Positions 17,978-28,426 of a stretch of 54,498 nt of DNA are shown here, piece after piece. The notes beneath the pieces are model-generated. The model was not told the origin of the DNA and ran no database searches. It saw only the letters and a program-made list of their open reading frames with translations. The stretch comes from a virus. Lineage: Duplodnaviria; Caudoviricetes. The position numbers and the translations under genes were made by a program. Position 1 is the first letter of the stretch. The number at the start of each line of letters is the position of its first letter. Location of the stretch: IMG/VR virus record IMGVR_UViG_3300021425_000050, positions 1 to 54,498 of that record; one strand, 5' to 3'.

Positions 17978-19222
17978 ATGAGAATTCTTGTAATTGCTAC
18001 CATTAGGTGTGGTGGAACTTATTTCGCCGAGTCAATTGCAAATAATCACAATTTAGATTACATACATGAACCAAAGTTTAAGAACTTAGGTGCAACAAAT
18101 AAAGATAATGTTGTTGTTAAAATTTTAACACATGCACCTTTTACAGACATAAAGAAGATTATCGAATACTCTAAAAACTTTGATAGAGTTTATGTGTTAG
18201 ATAGAAAGGATAAAGAAGAACAATTAAGGTCTGTTTATTCTCTCTATGAATATCCAAAAGAATCTGCTCATAGTAGTTATCATTGGGATGATTCTATGTT
18301 CGAAAAAGAGAACCCTAAAGATACAAAAGAAGAGTATGAATCATGGATAAATAAATTTACTGAACAAGTAAATACAATTGCTTCTATCTTAAATAAAGAT
18401 ATTCTATATTATGAAGACTTGTATTACGGTAAAGTTGAATTAAAAGATATAAAGTTTATGCCAGATACATCTGAAAGATTAAGAAAAGAACCTATAAAGA
18501 TAGAGTATAAAGATAGTCCTTTCAATGTAAAAGACTTACCCTTAGATAGAGTTTATGTATTCGATAATTACTTAGAAAATTCTCTTTGGAAATTTATAGA
18601 TAAACAACTAACTCAATCATCTACATGGGCGAAAACAAATCAAGTAAATTCACAACATAAGACAGGTTTACCTCATCATAGTTTTTGGGGAACATCTATT
18701 CTAAGAGCAGATGAACATGGTAATGGATACTTAGATTATGATGCAGGTTGGACTGAATCATCAGGTGCATTGTTTAGATGGTTCAATAGAAGAATATGCA
18801 CCGACTTTGGGTTTAAATGGAAAAGATTTCAGTATATGGGTACGAATAGTCAAACCCAAGGACTAGAAGGCACAACTCATGCAGATTGCCAAAAAGATGA
18901 TGAATGGAATCTATCATTTCTATATTATTACAATAGTTATTGGAATGAAGAATGGGGTGGTGATTTAAGATTCTATGATGATGTTCCACAACATGGTCGT
19001 ATGGGTCGTGAAGAACATATAAAGAATCATCAAATCGGAAGTGTTGAGTTTGTTCCGAATAGACTTATAATGTTTGACGGTAGAATACCCCATGGTGCAG
19101 ATGCCCCTAATAGTAAAGCAAGATATATGGACAGAAGGTCTATTGTATTGAGAGGAGATGAAGTTCAACTAGTAGACGAGGAGGAAATGTTTAATGCCAA
19201 CGATAGATTTTACAACATTTAA
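17978..19222 (+). CDS. Sulfotransferase-like N-domain fused to 2OG-Fe(II) oxygenase
   Basis: N-terminus has ILVIATIRCGGTY...HEP...YYED (RSG(T/S)T/HEP-like). C-terminus has HxD (THAD), WGGDLRFY, PNRLIMFDGRIPH and a distal R. Confidence 0.65.
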   Translation: MRILVIATIRCGGTYFAESIANNHNLDYIHEPKFKNLGATNKDNVVVKILTHAPFTDIKKIIEYSKNFDRVYVLDRKDKEEQLRSVYSLYEYPKESAHSSYHWDDSMFEKENPKDTKEEYESWINKFTEQVNTIASILNKDILYYEDLYYGKVELKDIKFMPDTSERLRKEPIKIEYKDSPFNVKDLPLDRVYVFDNYLENSLWKFIDKQLTQSSTWAKTNQVNSQHKTGLPHHSFWGTSILRADEHGNGYLDYDAGWTESSGALFRWFNRRICTDFGFKWKRFQYMGTNSQTQGLEGTTHADCQKDDEWNLSFLYYYNSYWNEEWGGDLRFYDDVPQHGRMGREEHIKNHQIGSVEFVPNRLIMFDGRIPHGADAPNSKARYMDRRSIVLRGDEVQLVDEEEMFNANDRFYNI

Positions 19223-20114
19223 TGAAGACTCGTTAAGAGATTTCAAACCTGTTTTAGCAAAGACATATGCACCTGATTGGTGGAAATCAGCGAAGGTTTG
19301 GAACACTGTTAGAGGTCGTCACATACAAACAATTCGTGCCTGCCCAGCTATGGACGATTGGTTGAAGTCTGGTTGGTATATACTTGCAAATAGAGACATG
19401 GAAGTATGTTTTGGTTCAAGTAAAGATGATAAGAATAGTAAGATATCTTTTACACAGGACCCCGAATGGGATTATCAAAAAAGAAGAAGAAAAGGTCTGC
19501 CAGAAGAAGGTGAAGGCCCAAATACATCTGGTTATCCTGTATATCATTCACCATCTCACCCAGCAGAACAATTCTATCATTCATTCAAATACTTACCTGA
19601 TGAAGAATCACCTGTAAGAGATGCATTCAAAATGAGAAGTGCTTGGAATATCAAAACGCCACCAGGTTATTCGTGTTTTTATCTTGACCCATTTTTATTT
19701 CAGAACGAACACTTTGCTGTGTGGCAAGGTATAATTGATACAGACTCATTCAACACTAACTATGACAATTCTCAAATCATTCTCTATCCAAGACATAGTA
19801 AAGATTTCATAATTAAAAAAGGAACACCTTTAGTTCAGATTATACCTTATAAAAGAGAAAATTGGGTTGCAACATATCAATGTATGACCGAAGAAAGTTG
19901 GCAGACTAGTCGTAGTCACATTACAAATGAACATAAAAATTTAACAATGGATGAATGGGGTAGAACAAAATATGATATGTCAATGGAAAGAGTAAACCCA
20001 ACATTAGGTCCATACAGAAACGAAGGTTATTGGCAAGAAAAAGGTAAGATGTTTAAAGAAGATGGACCGCCACCTGAATGTCCATTTCACAAAGGGGGAG
20101 AAGATGACAGTTAA
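19194..20114 (+). CDS. Conserved phage hypothetical protein (DUF6065-like) found in oxygenase clusters
   Basis: TIRACPAM.D....GW, W.IKTPPGYS, GIIDTD and IKKGTPLVQIIP motifs. Confidence 0.55.
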   Translation: MPTIDFTTFNEDSLRDFKPVLAKTYAPDWWKSAKVWNTVRGRHIQTIRACPAMDDWLKSGWYILANRDMEVCFGSSKDDKNSKISFTQDPEWDYQKRRRKGLPEEGEGPNTSGYPVYHSPSHPAEQFYHSFKYLPDEESPVRDAFKMRSAWNIKTPPGYSCFYLDPFLFQNEHFAVWQGIIDTDSFNTNYDNSQIILYPRHSKDFIIKKGTPLVQIIPYKRENWVATYQCMTEESWQTSRSHITNEHKNLTMDEWGRTKYDMSMERVNPTLGPYRNEGYWQEKGKMFKEDGPPPECPFHKGGEDDS

Positions 20115-20784
20115 AAAATTATTTCCAACATATGTCTTCGAATGGGATTTTCTAGGAGAAGATAGCAACGAGTTGATGACACCTGAATATTTTAGATTGC
20201 TTAGAGAAGAAATGGACGCTATGAGAAGAAGAGACCCTGTAGGTCGTAGTGTGTCAAATGCTTATACAGGTTGGCAATCAAACGATAGAGTTGATGATAA
20301 TCCTATCTTTCAAAAATGTATTAGACAAATTAAGAAAAAGGTCAGAGAAGAGATTGGTCCAACATTGGGCATGAAGAACACAACAGTCAATTTTCACAAT
20401 GCTTGGGCAAACATTAATGATAATTTGGCATGGAACAAACCACATTTACACAATGGTTGTATGTATTCAGGCGCTTTTTATATACAAGGCGATGGTGATG
20501 AAGGTCATTTTATAGCAATAGATACTGATTATAAGTTTGTTGGAAATGTTCCTAGAAGTCAATCTGTTGTTAGAGAATCTTATAGTATTGCACCTAAAAC
20601 AGGTTTTTTAATAATGTTTCCGAGTGGTCTAATGCATATGGTCGAACCAAATCCTACTCAGAAAGATAGATATAGTATTTCATTCAATTTAGACTTTGAT
20701 GGTGATAGAAGCGAAGAAAATAATAACTCCAGTTTATCATATAAAATCAAAGACAAATACGGTAATCTTGCAATTAACGAGTAA
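20104..20784 (+). CDS. 2OG-Fe(II) oxygenase (TIGR02466-like)
   Basis: WANIN...NKPHLH...SGAFYI...FPSGLMHMVEPN...RYSISFN. ATG 20104 follows the SD-like GGGGGAG. Confidence 0.8.
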   Translation: MTVKKLFPTYVFEWDFLGEDSNELMTPEYFRLLREEMDAMRRRDPVGRSVSNAYTGWQSNDRVDDNPIFQKCIRQIKKKVREEIGPTLGMKNTTVNFHNAWANINDNLAWNKPHLHNGCMYSGAFYIQGDGDEGHFIAIDTDYKFVGNVPRSQSVVRESYSIAPKTGFLIMFPSGLMHMVEPNPTQKDRYSISFNLDFDGDRSEENNNSSLSYKIKDKYGNLAINE

Positions 20785-20802
20785 TATATTCTAAATAGTA
20801 GT

Positions 20803-21066
20803 ATGGAAAGTTTAACTATAGACCCCCATATTCTATGGGATTTAATAATCACACTCGTAGTTGTTCCGGCAGGTTTTCTGGTTCGTTCTCTCTTGGCAGA
20901 ACAAAGAAGACTTGATATCTTAGTCAATAAGACAAGAGAAGAGATTGCCAGAGATTATGTCACTAGACAATCAATGGACATGACATTTCAACGAATAATG
21001 GATTCTATTGAAAGAATTGACGAGAAACTAGACCGCATTCAAACTAAAACTTATTTCCAAGATTAA
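20803..21066 (+). CDS. Small membrane-anchored coiled-coil protein
   Basis: N-terminal hydrophobic helix followed by heptad-like IERIDEKLDRI. Confidence 0.6.
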   Translation: MESLTIDPHILWDLIITLVVVPAGFLVRSLLAEQRRLDILVNKTREEIARDYVTRQSMDMTFQRIMDSIERIDEKLDRIQTKTYFQD

Positions 21067-21111
21067 AATTTGCATAAATAGTTGTATATCATATTAAAAT
21101 GGATACAAACT

Positions 21112-21927
21112 ATGGCAGCTCCAAACAGTAAAGACACCTTAAAAGAATACATCAAAAGAAAACTTGGTGCGCCTGTCCTTGAAATCAATGTTGACGATGA
21201 CCAATTTGATGATAGAATAGACGAAGCATTGCAGTATTTCCACAATTACCATTACGATGGTACGGTCAAAATGTATCTGAAACATCAGATGACAAACACT
21301 AAAAAGAATGGTATGAGAACTAACGAAGACTTCGTTGAGAATTCAGCAGGTCCACATGCTTATACAGACGAAGCATTCAAACAACAACAGAACTATATCG
21401 TTCTACCTGAGTTTGTTATGTCTGTTCTAAACATATTCCCATTCAATGACAAACATAATCTTAACATGTTTGACCTTAGATATCAACTTAGATTGAATGA
21501 TTTATATGACCTAACTGCAACTAATGTATTGTATTACGAACAAGTGCAACAACATATACAGTTATTAGATAACATTCTAGTAGGAAGAACACCGATAAGA
21601 TATAATCAACACATGAATAGATTATACTTAGATATGGATTTTGCCGCTATAGAAGATAACGAATTCTTAATTATAGAATGTTATAGAAAAGTAGACCCCA
21701 ATGACTTTACAGATATCTACAATGATATGTGGTTGAAGAAATATGCAACTGCATTATGCAAGTATCAATGGGGTGAAAATTTATCTAAGTTCCAAGGTAT
21801 CGCATTACCAGGTGGTGTGACATTAGACGGACAACAGATAAAACAAGAAGCTCAAGAAGAAATACAAAGACTCGAAGAAGAGTCTAGACTAAATCATGAC
21901 ATGTTGCCAATGGACATGATTGGATAA
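21112..21927 (+). CDS. gp13: Neck protein gp13
   Basis: LKEYIKRKLGAPVLEINVDDDQ..DRIDEAL, WLKKYATAL.KYQWG.NL.KF and LPGGVTLDG motifs; synteny. Confidence 0.9.
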   Translation: MAAPNSKDTLKEYIKRKLGAPVLEINVDDDQFDDRIDEALQYFHNYHYDGTVKMYLKHQMTNTKKNGMRTNEDFVENSAGPHAYTDEAFKQQQNYIVLPEFVMSVLNIFPFNDKHNLNMFDLRYQLRLNDLYDLTATNVLYYEQVQQHIQLLDNILVGRTPIRYNQHMNRLYLDMDFAAIEDNEFLIIECYRKVDPNDFTDIYNDMWLKKYATALCKYQWGENLSKFQGIALPGGVTLDGQQIKQEAQEEIQRLEEESRLNHDMLPMDMIG

Positions 21928-21933
21928 AGTGAT

Positions 21934-22788
21934 ATGCCAACAAATGTTTTTTTCAACCATGCAGTTTCTACAGAGCAACAACTATACGAAGATTTAGTTG
22001 TAGAGTCTCTTAGAATCTACGGACACGAAGTATACTATCTCCCTAGAGAGGTTGTAGAAGAAGATAGCATCTTAAATGAAGATGTGCAATCTCGTTTCGG
22101 TGATGCTTATCAGGTTGAAATGTATTTAGAAAATACAGAAGGTTTCGAAGGAGAAGGAGACCTTATGTCTAAGTTTGGTGTTCAAGTAAGAGACCAGGCA
22201 ACATTTATTATATCACTTAGAAGTTGGGAAAGATTCATATCATTAGATTCTAATCTTGCAACTTCATTCAGACCAAACGAAGGCGACTTGATATATTTTC
22301 CATTATCAGGTTCAATGTTTGAAATCAAATTTGTAGAACACGAAGACCCATTCTATCAAGTTGGTAAACTCTTTGTGTTTAAACTTAGAACAGAATTGTT
22401 CGAATACAGTCAAGAAGATTTCGATACAGGTATCGGCGATATAGACCTTATTGAAGACGAACAGGCATATACTATATCAATGACTATGGCAAGTGGAAAC
22501 GGTATAGACTTTATTGCTAATGAGAATATTACACTCAATAGTAATGTAGTTGGTGAAGTTGTATCTTGGAATGATAGCAATGACAAACTAACTATCAAAG
22601 ATAACACTACAACACTTGCAGTCGGCGATGTGTTGACAGGTGTTGAATCGACAGCAGAATTTACAATTAACTCTATCGATAGTGTATTAACATTCGAAAA
22701 TGATGCAATGGCAGATAACTTAGAGTTTGAAAACAAAGATTCTGATTACTTAGACTTATCAGAAATTAACCCATTTGGTGAACCTTAA
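21934..22788 (+). CDS. gp14: Neck protein gp14
   Basis: EQ.LYEDLV.E...IYG..VYYLPR, RPNEGDLIYFP, FYQ.GK and NPFGE motifs; synteny. Confidence 0.9.
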   Translation: MPTNVFFNHAVSTEQQLYEDLVVESLRIYGHEVYYLPREVVEEDSILNEDVQSRFGDAYQVEMYLENTEGFEGEGDLMSKFGVQVRDQATFIISLRSWERFISLDSNLATSFRPNEGDLIYFPLSGSMFEIKFVEHEDPFYQVGKLFVFKLRTELFEYSQEDFDTGIGDIDLIEDEQAYTISMTMASGNGIDFIANENITLNSNVVGEVVSWNDSNDKLTIKDNTTTLAVGDVLTGVESTAEFTINSIDSVLTFENDAMADNLEFENKDSDYLDLSEINPFGEP

Positions 22789-23822
22789 TGTTCGGTACTT
22801 ATTTTTACAACGAAACTATTAAGAGATGTGTATCAGTCTTTGGCACATTATTTAATAATATACAATACAAAAGAGTTAAAGCAGACGGCACTGTATTGAC
22901 AACAGGCATCGTTCCTATTTCTTATGGACCTGCACAAAAGTTTTTAGAAAGATTACAAGAAGAACCTGATTTAAACGATAATAATAGAAGTGCGATATCA
23001 TTACCTCGTATGGCATTTGAGATTACAGGTTTTGAATACGATGCACAAAGACAACAAAACAAATTGATTCGTTCAGTAAAGAATCAATACGAATCAGATG
23101 GCAGTAGAGGGTTTCAATACGCACCTGCACCATATAATTTAAACTTTACACTATCAATAATCACAAAGAATATGAGTGAAGCATTACAGATAGTCGAACA
23201 AATTTTACCTTACTTTCAACCTGAATATACAGTCACAATGAAAATTGTAGATAGTATGCCTGACCATAGAGATGTGCCGATTGTTTTACAATCAGTTGCT
23301 ATGTCAGACGATTACGAAGGTGGGTTTGAAGATAGAAGAATTATAGAATACACACTAGATTTTCAAATGAAGACATACTTCTTTGGACCAATCTATACAG
23401 GTAATCTTATTAAGAATGTTGTTGAGAGAGACTATGTTTCTGCTGGAAACGGTTCGTTCACATCTACACAAATAAATAATGCAGGTCTAGTAAAAGAAGT
23501 TAAACACTATGAACCTGCCTTTGATGCTTTTGCTAATGCAGTTAACAACTCTACAACAGTCACCTTTAAGAGTGCGATAAATAGTAAGATAAGTGAAGGA
23601 GATGAAGTATTTAATACAGGTGTGACACCTAACCCAACAGTTAGTAACATACCTGAGAATAGATTATCATTAACATTAAGTAATGCTATAACTATACCTA
23701 ATAATACTACACTCAAATTTGTGGGTTCAGTTGACCCAGGCGACAGTTTCGTAGTTGCAGAAAATGTGACATTCTACGATGATGAAGCAGTATTCAACTA
23801 TAGTGAAGAAGATAATAGTTAA
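22788..23822 (+). CDS. gp15: Tail sheath stabiliser / terminator gp15
   Basis: MFGTYFYNETI...FGTLFN, VPI.YGP..KFL, LPRM.FE and QIVEQILPYFQP motifs. Confidence 0.9.
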   Translation: MFGTYFYNETIKRCVSVFGTLFNNIQYKRVKADGTVLTTGIVPISYGPAQKFLERLQEEPDLNDNNRSAISLPRMAFEITGFEYDAQRQQNKLIRSVKNQYESDGSRGFQYAPAPYNLNFTLSIITKNMSEALQIVEQILPYFQPEYTVTMKIVDSMPDHRDVPIVLQSVAMSDDYEGGFEDRRIIEYTLDFQMKTYFFGPIYTGNLIKNVVERDYVSAGNGSFTSTQINNAGLVKEVKHYEPAFDAFANAVNNSTTVTFKSAINSKISEGDEVFNTGVTPNPTVSNIPENRLSLTLSNAITIPNNTTLKFVGSVDPGDSFVVAENVTFYDDEAVFNYSEEDNS

Positions 23823-23824
23823 TT

Positions 23825-24217
23825 ATGTCAAATGAAATAGATACAAAACTTGATGACTTATTGGATATAGAGTCGGACATTAAACAGAAAACAGAAGTAG
23901 TCAAGTTGCCTGAAAGAGGCGAAAACATCGAAACAGACTATCGATATGCTCGTGAGAATCTTTATAATCTCGTAGAACGAGGGCAAGATGCAATCGATGG
24001 AATCTTAGAACTATCCAAAGAAACTGAACACCCGAGAGCCTATGAAGTCGCAGGACAACTTATCAAAACGGTTGGAGAAACAGCAGAGAAACTCATAGAC
24101 TTACAAAGTAAATTAAAAAAGTTAGAAGGTGAAGAACAGAAAGTCGGAACTCAACACAATCATTTATATGTTGGGTCGACATCAGAATTACAAAAGTTTC
24201 TGAAAAAGAACAAATAA
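23825..24217 (+). CDS. gp16: Terminase small subunit gp16
   Basis: DY.YAR.NLY, HPRAYEVAGQLIK and VGSTSELQK motifs. Confidence 0.9.
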   Translation: MSNEIDTKLDDLLDIESDIKQKTEVVKLPERGENIETDYRYARENLYNLVERGQDAIDGILELSKETEHPRAYEVAGQLIKTVGETAEKLIDLQSKLKKLEGEEQKVGTQHNHLYVGSTSELQKFLKKNK

Positions 24218-24220
24218 ATT

Positions 24221-25798
24221 ATGGTACAACCTAAAAACGAGGGTTATCTAGGTAACAACCTGGTCAAAAGAGCAGGTATAGAAACCTCTTATACAGAAGA
24301 AGAACTGAAAGAATATCAGAAGTGTTCTGAGAATCCTACACATTTCATTGAAAACTATACTCAGATTATCTCACTTGATGAAGGTCTAGTTCCTTTTGAA
24401 CTTCGTGGGTATCAAGAAAATCTAATCAATCATTATAATAATAATAGATTCAGTGTTGTTCTTGCTGCTCGTCAGTCAGGTAAATCAATAACATCATGTG
24501 CATATCTATTATGGTATCTACTGTTTACACCAGAAGTCACTGTAGCGATTCTCGCTAACAAAGGTGCAATCGCAAGAGAGATGATATCTCGTATTGTGAC
24601 TATGTTAGAAACGGTACCTTTCTTTTTACAACCAGGTGTTAAGATACTTAACAAGGGTAATATCGAATTCGGAAACGATAGTAAGATAGTCGCCGCCGCT
24701 ACATCGTCATCATCGATTCGTGGTATGTCAATTAACATGTTGTATCTTGATGAGTTTGCTTTCGTAGAAGATGCAGAAACATTCTATACTGCAACATATC
24801 CTGTAATCACATCTGGTAAAGATTCTAAAGTAATTATCACATCTACTGCAAATGGTGTGGGTAATATGTTTCATAAGATATATGAATCAGCAGTTCATGG
24901 GCAGTCTGAATACAAAAGTTTTCTAATCAATTGGTTTGATGTTCCAGGTCGTGATGACGAATGGAAACAGATGACTATTGCGAATACATCAGAAGCACAA
25001 TTCGAACAAGAGTATGGTAATAGTTTCTTAGGAACAGGTAATACACTGATTAATGCAGACACATTATTAGGTCTAAAAGCATGGGAACCTGAATGGCATA
25101 GAGATAATCTAAATGTATATGAGAGACCTATCAAAGACCATAATTATGTTTGCACAGTCGATGTATCGCAAGGTAGAGGTATGGACTACTCGACTTTCAG
25201 TATCTTCGATGTGACTTCTAAACCATTTAAGCAAATTTGCACATATAGAGATAACATGATTAGCCCCATGCTATTTCCGGATATTATAAATAAGTATGTA
25301 AGACCTTATAACGATGCATTAGTTATAATAGAAAACAATGCAGAAGGTTCTATGGTCGCTACTCAATTGCATTATGACATAGAATATCCAAATGTCTTTG
25401 TGCAAGGTATGACGAAATCTAGTGATATCGGTATTACCATGAGTAGAAAAATCAAAAGAATAGGTTGTTCAACACTAAAAGAGTTATTAGAAGAGAATAG
25501 GTTAGCAGTAGTAGACCGTGTAACGATAACTGAAATGATGACTTTCGTAAATAAAGGGTCATCGTTTGAAGCAGATAGAGGTTATCATGACGACATGGTA
25601 ATGAATTGTATCTTATTTTCATGGTTTGTGACAACAGATTATTTTGTAAACTTAACCGATACGCAAGTTAAAAACTTATTGTATGCAGAACAACAGAAGT
25701 TAATCGAAGACGATATGTTGCCACCAGGTGTATTCGGAGAACAAGAAGAACATGAATCATTTGTATCAGGTGGAGACAGATGGTTCGTAGAAAAATGA
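24221..25798 (+). CDS. gp17: Terminase large subunit gp17
   Basis: Walker A RQSGKS, Walker B LYLDEFAF, STANG, and nuclease motifs DVSQGRGMDYS and HDDMVM. Confidence 0.95.
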   Translation: MVQPKNEGYLGNNLVKRAGIETSYTEEELKEYQKCSENPTHFIENYTQIISLDEGLVPFELRGYQENLINHYNNNRFSVVLAARQSGKSITSCAYLLWYLLFTPEVTVAILANKGAIAREMISRIVTMLETVPFFLQPGVKILNKGNIEFGNDSKIVAAATSSSSIRGMSINMLYLDEFAFVEDAETFYTATYPVITSGKDSKVIITSTANGVGNMFHKIYESAVHGQSEYKSFLINWFDVPGRDDEWKQMTIANTSEAQFEQEYGNSFLGTGNTLINADTLLGLKAWEPEWHRDNLNVYERPIKDHNYVCTVDVSQGRGMDYSTFSIFDVTSKPFKQICTYRDNMISPMLFPDIINKYVRPYNDALVIIENNAEGSMVATQLHYDIEYPNVFVQGMTKSSDIGITMSRKIKRIGCSTLKELLEENRLAVVDRVTITEMMTFVNKGSSFEADRGYHDDMVMNCILFSWFVTTDYFVNLTDTQVKNLLYAEQQKLIEDDMLPPGVFGEQEEHESFVSGGDRWFVEK

Positions 25799-25863
25799 GT
25801 TGTTAGAAATAATAAACTTATAAATAAGTTAGTAAACAACTTTTACATTAACAGGAGAAAAGT

Positions 25864-27873
25864 ATGGCATTTCAAGTTTCACCAGGCGTTCAGGTCAGCG
25901 AAATTGACCTATCGAATGTTGTTCCAGCAGTATCCTCAACAAGGGGTGCTTTCGCTGGTATGTTTCAATGGGGACCTGTTGATGAAGTAAAAACAGTTTC
26001 AGACGGACAACAATTAGTTGATGAGTTCTACAAACCAGCAGACTCAGACGCTGGGGCTGAAGACTTTTATTCAGCAGAATCTTTTTTAAGATATGGGTCT
26101 TCATTAGACATAGTTAGACTTCACACTACAGGTTGCTACAGTGCAAATGCTAGTGGGAATACATCAACAATACTTAAAAATTCTGATAGTTATGTAAATG
26201 ATTTTAAAGATGGTTCAGAGGCAGGAACTGTAGGGTCTTGGATTTCAAGATTCCCAGGCGCTTTAGGTAATTCACTTAAAGTTTCAGTTTGTGCATCTTC
26301 AAACGCATATTTCAACGATAATGCATCTGCTGTTAATTTAGAAGCAGGTTATTCAGCAGGAGATACTGCTGTTATCGTAGATGATTCAACTGCTTTTGGA
26401 GTTGGGGATTTAATTAAGTTCTCAGGACATGATGCATTCTATAAAATCAGTGCAATTAACTCAGGAACCAACACATTAACTTTCGCAGTTGTAAATGAAG
26501 TATCAGCAGGTCTTCAAGTTGCTGTTGCAGACAACACTCAAATCGATAGATATTGGGAACATTATGCATTATTTGATAAAGCACCAGGTTCATCAGCAGG
26601 CGCTGTTGCCGCTGGGGCATCAAATGATGAAATTCATGTTGTAGTAATAGACGAAGACGGCGAGTTCACAGGCACAGAGGGTAAAGTTCTCGAAACATAC
26701 GGTTTCGTATCACTCGCTTCAGATGCTAAAGACTCATCAGGTAACAACAACTATTACAAAAATGTAATCGAAAGAAATTCAAGTTATATTTACTGGTCAG
26801 GACACGAAACAACTATGTTGTCAAGTGTATCAGAGAACAGAACATTAGCTGCCGCTTCAGGCACACCGTTCTCTAGACCTGCATTACCAGTTCACACATC
26901 ACTTTCAGGTGGTGCTTCAGGTCGTTCACCAGTAGCATCAGACAAAGTAAGCACACTAGAAGAGTTCTTCCAAGACGGAGAGACATCAGACATCTCATTC
27001 ATACTTATCGGTTCAACTAGAGTTGACGATGGTTCAGGTGCTGATGAGACTAACACTTCAAATCTAAGAACTGCTCATAACACTATCGTAAATGGTGCTA
27101 TAGCAATTGCAGAAGCAAGAAAAGATTGTATAGTAGTCGCATCTCCAATGAGAGAATCAGTAGTAGGACAAACCTCAGAATCAACTCAGAAGACAAATGT
27201 TATTGATGATTTTGCATCAGTCACATCATCTTCTTATGCAGTATTAGATTCAGGTTGGATTTATCAGTATGATAGATACAACGACAAATATTGCTGGATT
27301 CCAGGTAACGGACACACTGCCGGTATTATGGCAAGAAGTGACCTATTAAGAGACCCTTGGTTCTCACCTGCAGGTTTCTCTAGAGGACAATACCTAGGTA
27401 TTACTAAACTTGCTTTCAATCCAAAACAAGCAAGTAGAGATGATTTATACCGTGCAAGAATTAACCCAATAGTGACATTCCCAGGACAGGGAACTGTTCT
27501 ATTTGGCGACAAGACTGCACTAAGTAGTCCTTCAGCATTCGATAGAATCAATGTTAGAAGACTATTCATCGTATTAGAAAAGGCAATTGCAACTGCTGCT
27601 AAGGCGCAACTCTTTGAATTCAATGATGCATTCACAAGAGCTCAGTTCCGTGCAAGTGTAGAACCTTTCCTAAGAGATGTCAAAAACAGAAGAGGTCTTG
27701 TAGATTTCTCAGTTGTTTGTGACGAAACAAACAATACTGATACAGTCATAGATAGAAATGAATTTGTATGTTCTATCTTTGTGAAACCTGCAAAATCTAT
27801 TAACTTTATAACACTAAACTTCGTTGCTGCTAGAAGCGGTGTCGAGTTTGAAGAAATCTACGGAGCAGTTTAA
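25864..27873 (+). CDS. gp18: Tail sheath protein gp18
   Basis: FQVSPGV...EID, WGP, PWFSPAG..RG, FDRINVRRLF and FEFND.FTR motifs. Late promoter TATAAATA at 25819-25826. Confidence 0.95.
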   Translation: MAFQVSPGVQVSEIDLSNVVPAVSSTRGAFAGMFQWGPVDEVKTVSDGQQLVDEFYKPADSDAGAEDFYSAESFLRYGSSLDIVRLHTTGCYSANASGNTSTILKNSDSYVNDFKDGSEAGTVGSWISRFPGALGNSLKVSVCASSNAYFNDNASAVNLEAGYSAGDTAVIVDDSTAFGVGDLIKFSGHDAFYKISAINSGTNTLTFAVVNEVSAGLQVAVADNTQIDRYWEHYALFDKAPGSSAGAVAAGASNDEIHVVVIDEDGEFTGTEGKVLETYGFVSLASDAKDSSGNNNYYKNVIERNSSYIYWSGHETTMLSSVSENRTLAAASGTPFSRPALPVHTSLSGGASGRSPVASDKVSTLEEFFQDGETSDISFILIGSTRVDDGSGADETNTSNLRTAHNTIVNGAIAIAEARKDCIVVASPMRESVVGQTSESTQKTNVIDDFASVTSSSYAVLDSGWIYQYDRYNDKYCWIPGNGHTAGIMARSDLLRDPWFSPAGFSRGQYLGITKLAFNPKQASRDDLYRARINPIVTFPGQGTVLFGDKTALSSPSAFDRINVRRLFIVLEKAIATAAKAQLFEFNDAFTRAQFRASVEPFLRDVKNRRGLVDFSVVCDETNNTDTVIDRNEFVCSIFVKPAKSINFITLNFVAARSGVEFEEIYGAV

Positions 27874-27883
27874 GGAGTAATAA

Positions 27884-28381
27884 ATGGCAACTATAGACCA
27901 ATTTAAAGCACAACTTATAGGCGGCGGGCCAAGAGCTAACCGTTTTAGAGTTTTTATACCAAGGTCTGGTAATAAGATTGAATTCTTATGTCAGTCAGCA
28001 CAGATACCTGCTGCTCAGATAGGTGTTGTAGAACAACAATTCAGAGGTCATGTTCTGAAACTCGCAGGAGACAGAACATTTGAACCTTGGAATGTAACTA
28101 TAATTAACGATGTTGAATTTTCAGCAAGAACTGCTCTTGAATCATGGCAAACTGATATACAAGAACTAGACAGTGGCGAAGGTATGACATCACTAGACTA
28201 TCTAGTAGACAGAGCGTTTGTCGAACAATTAAATAAAGATGATTCTGTTCTAGCGAGATACGAGTTCTTTAACATGTTTCCAACCAATATTGGTGCAATT
28301 GACTTATCTTACGAAACAGTTGATGCATTGGAGACATTTGATGTTGAATTCCAGTATTCGCATTGGGAAAGAGTCCTTTAA
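27884..28381 (+). CDS. gp19: Tail tube protein gp19
   Basis: GG.R.NRF.V, AGDRTFEPW.VT..ND and FPT.I..IDL motifs. Confidence 0.95.
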   Translation: MATIDQFKAQLIGGGPRANRFRVFIPRSGNKIEFLCQSAQIPAAQIGVVEQQFRGHVLKLAGDRTFEPWNVTIINDVEFSARTALESWQTDIQELDSGEGMTSLDYLVDRAFVEQLNKDDSVLARYEFFNMFPTNIGAIDLSYETVDALETFDVEFQYSHWERVL

Positions 28382-28426
28382 AAAATTAGTGAAAATAACA
28401 CCCTTTAAGGTGTTATAAATATTATT

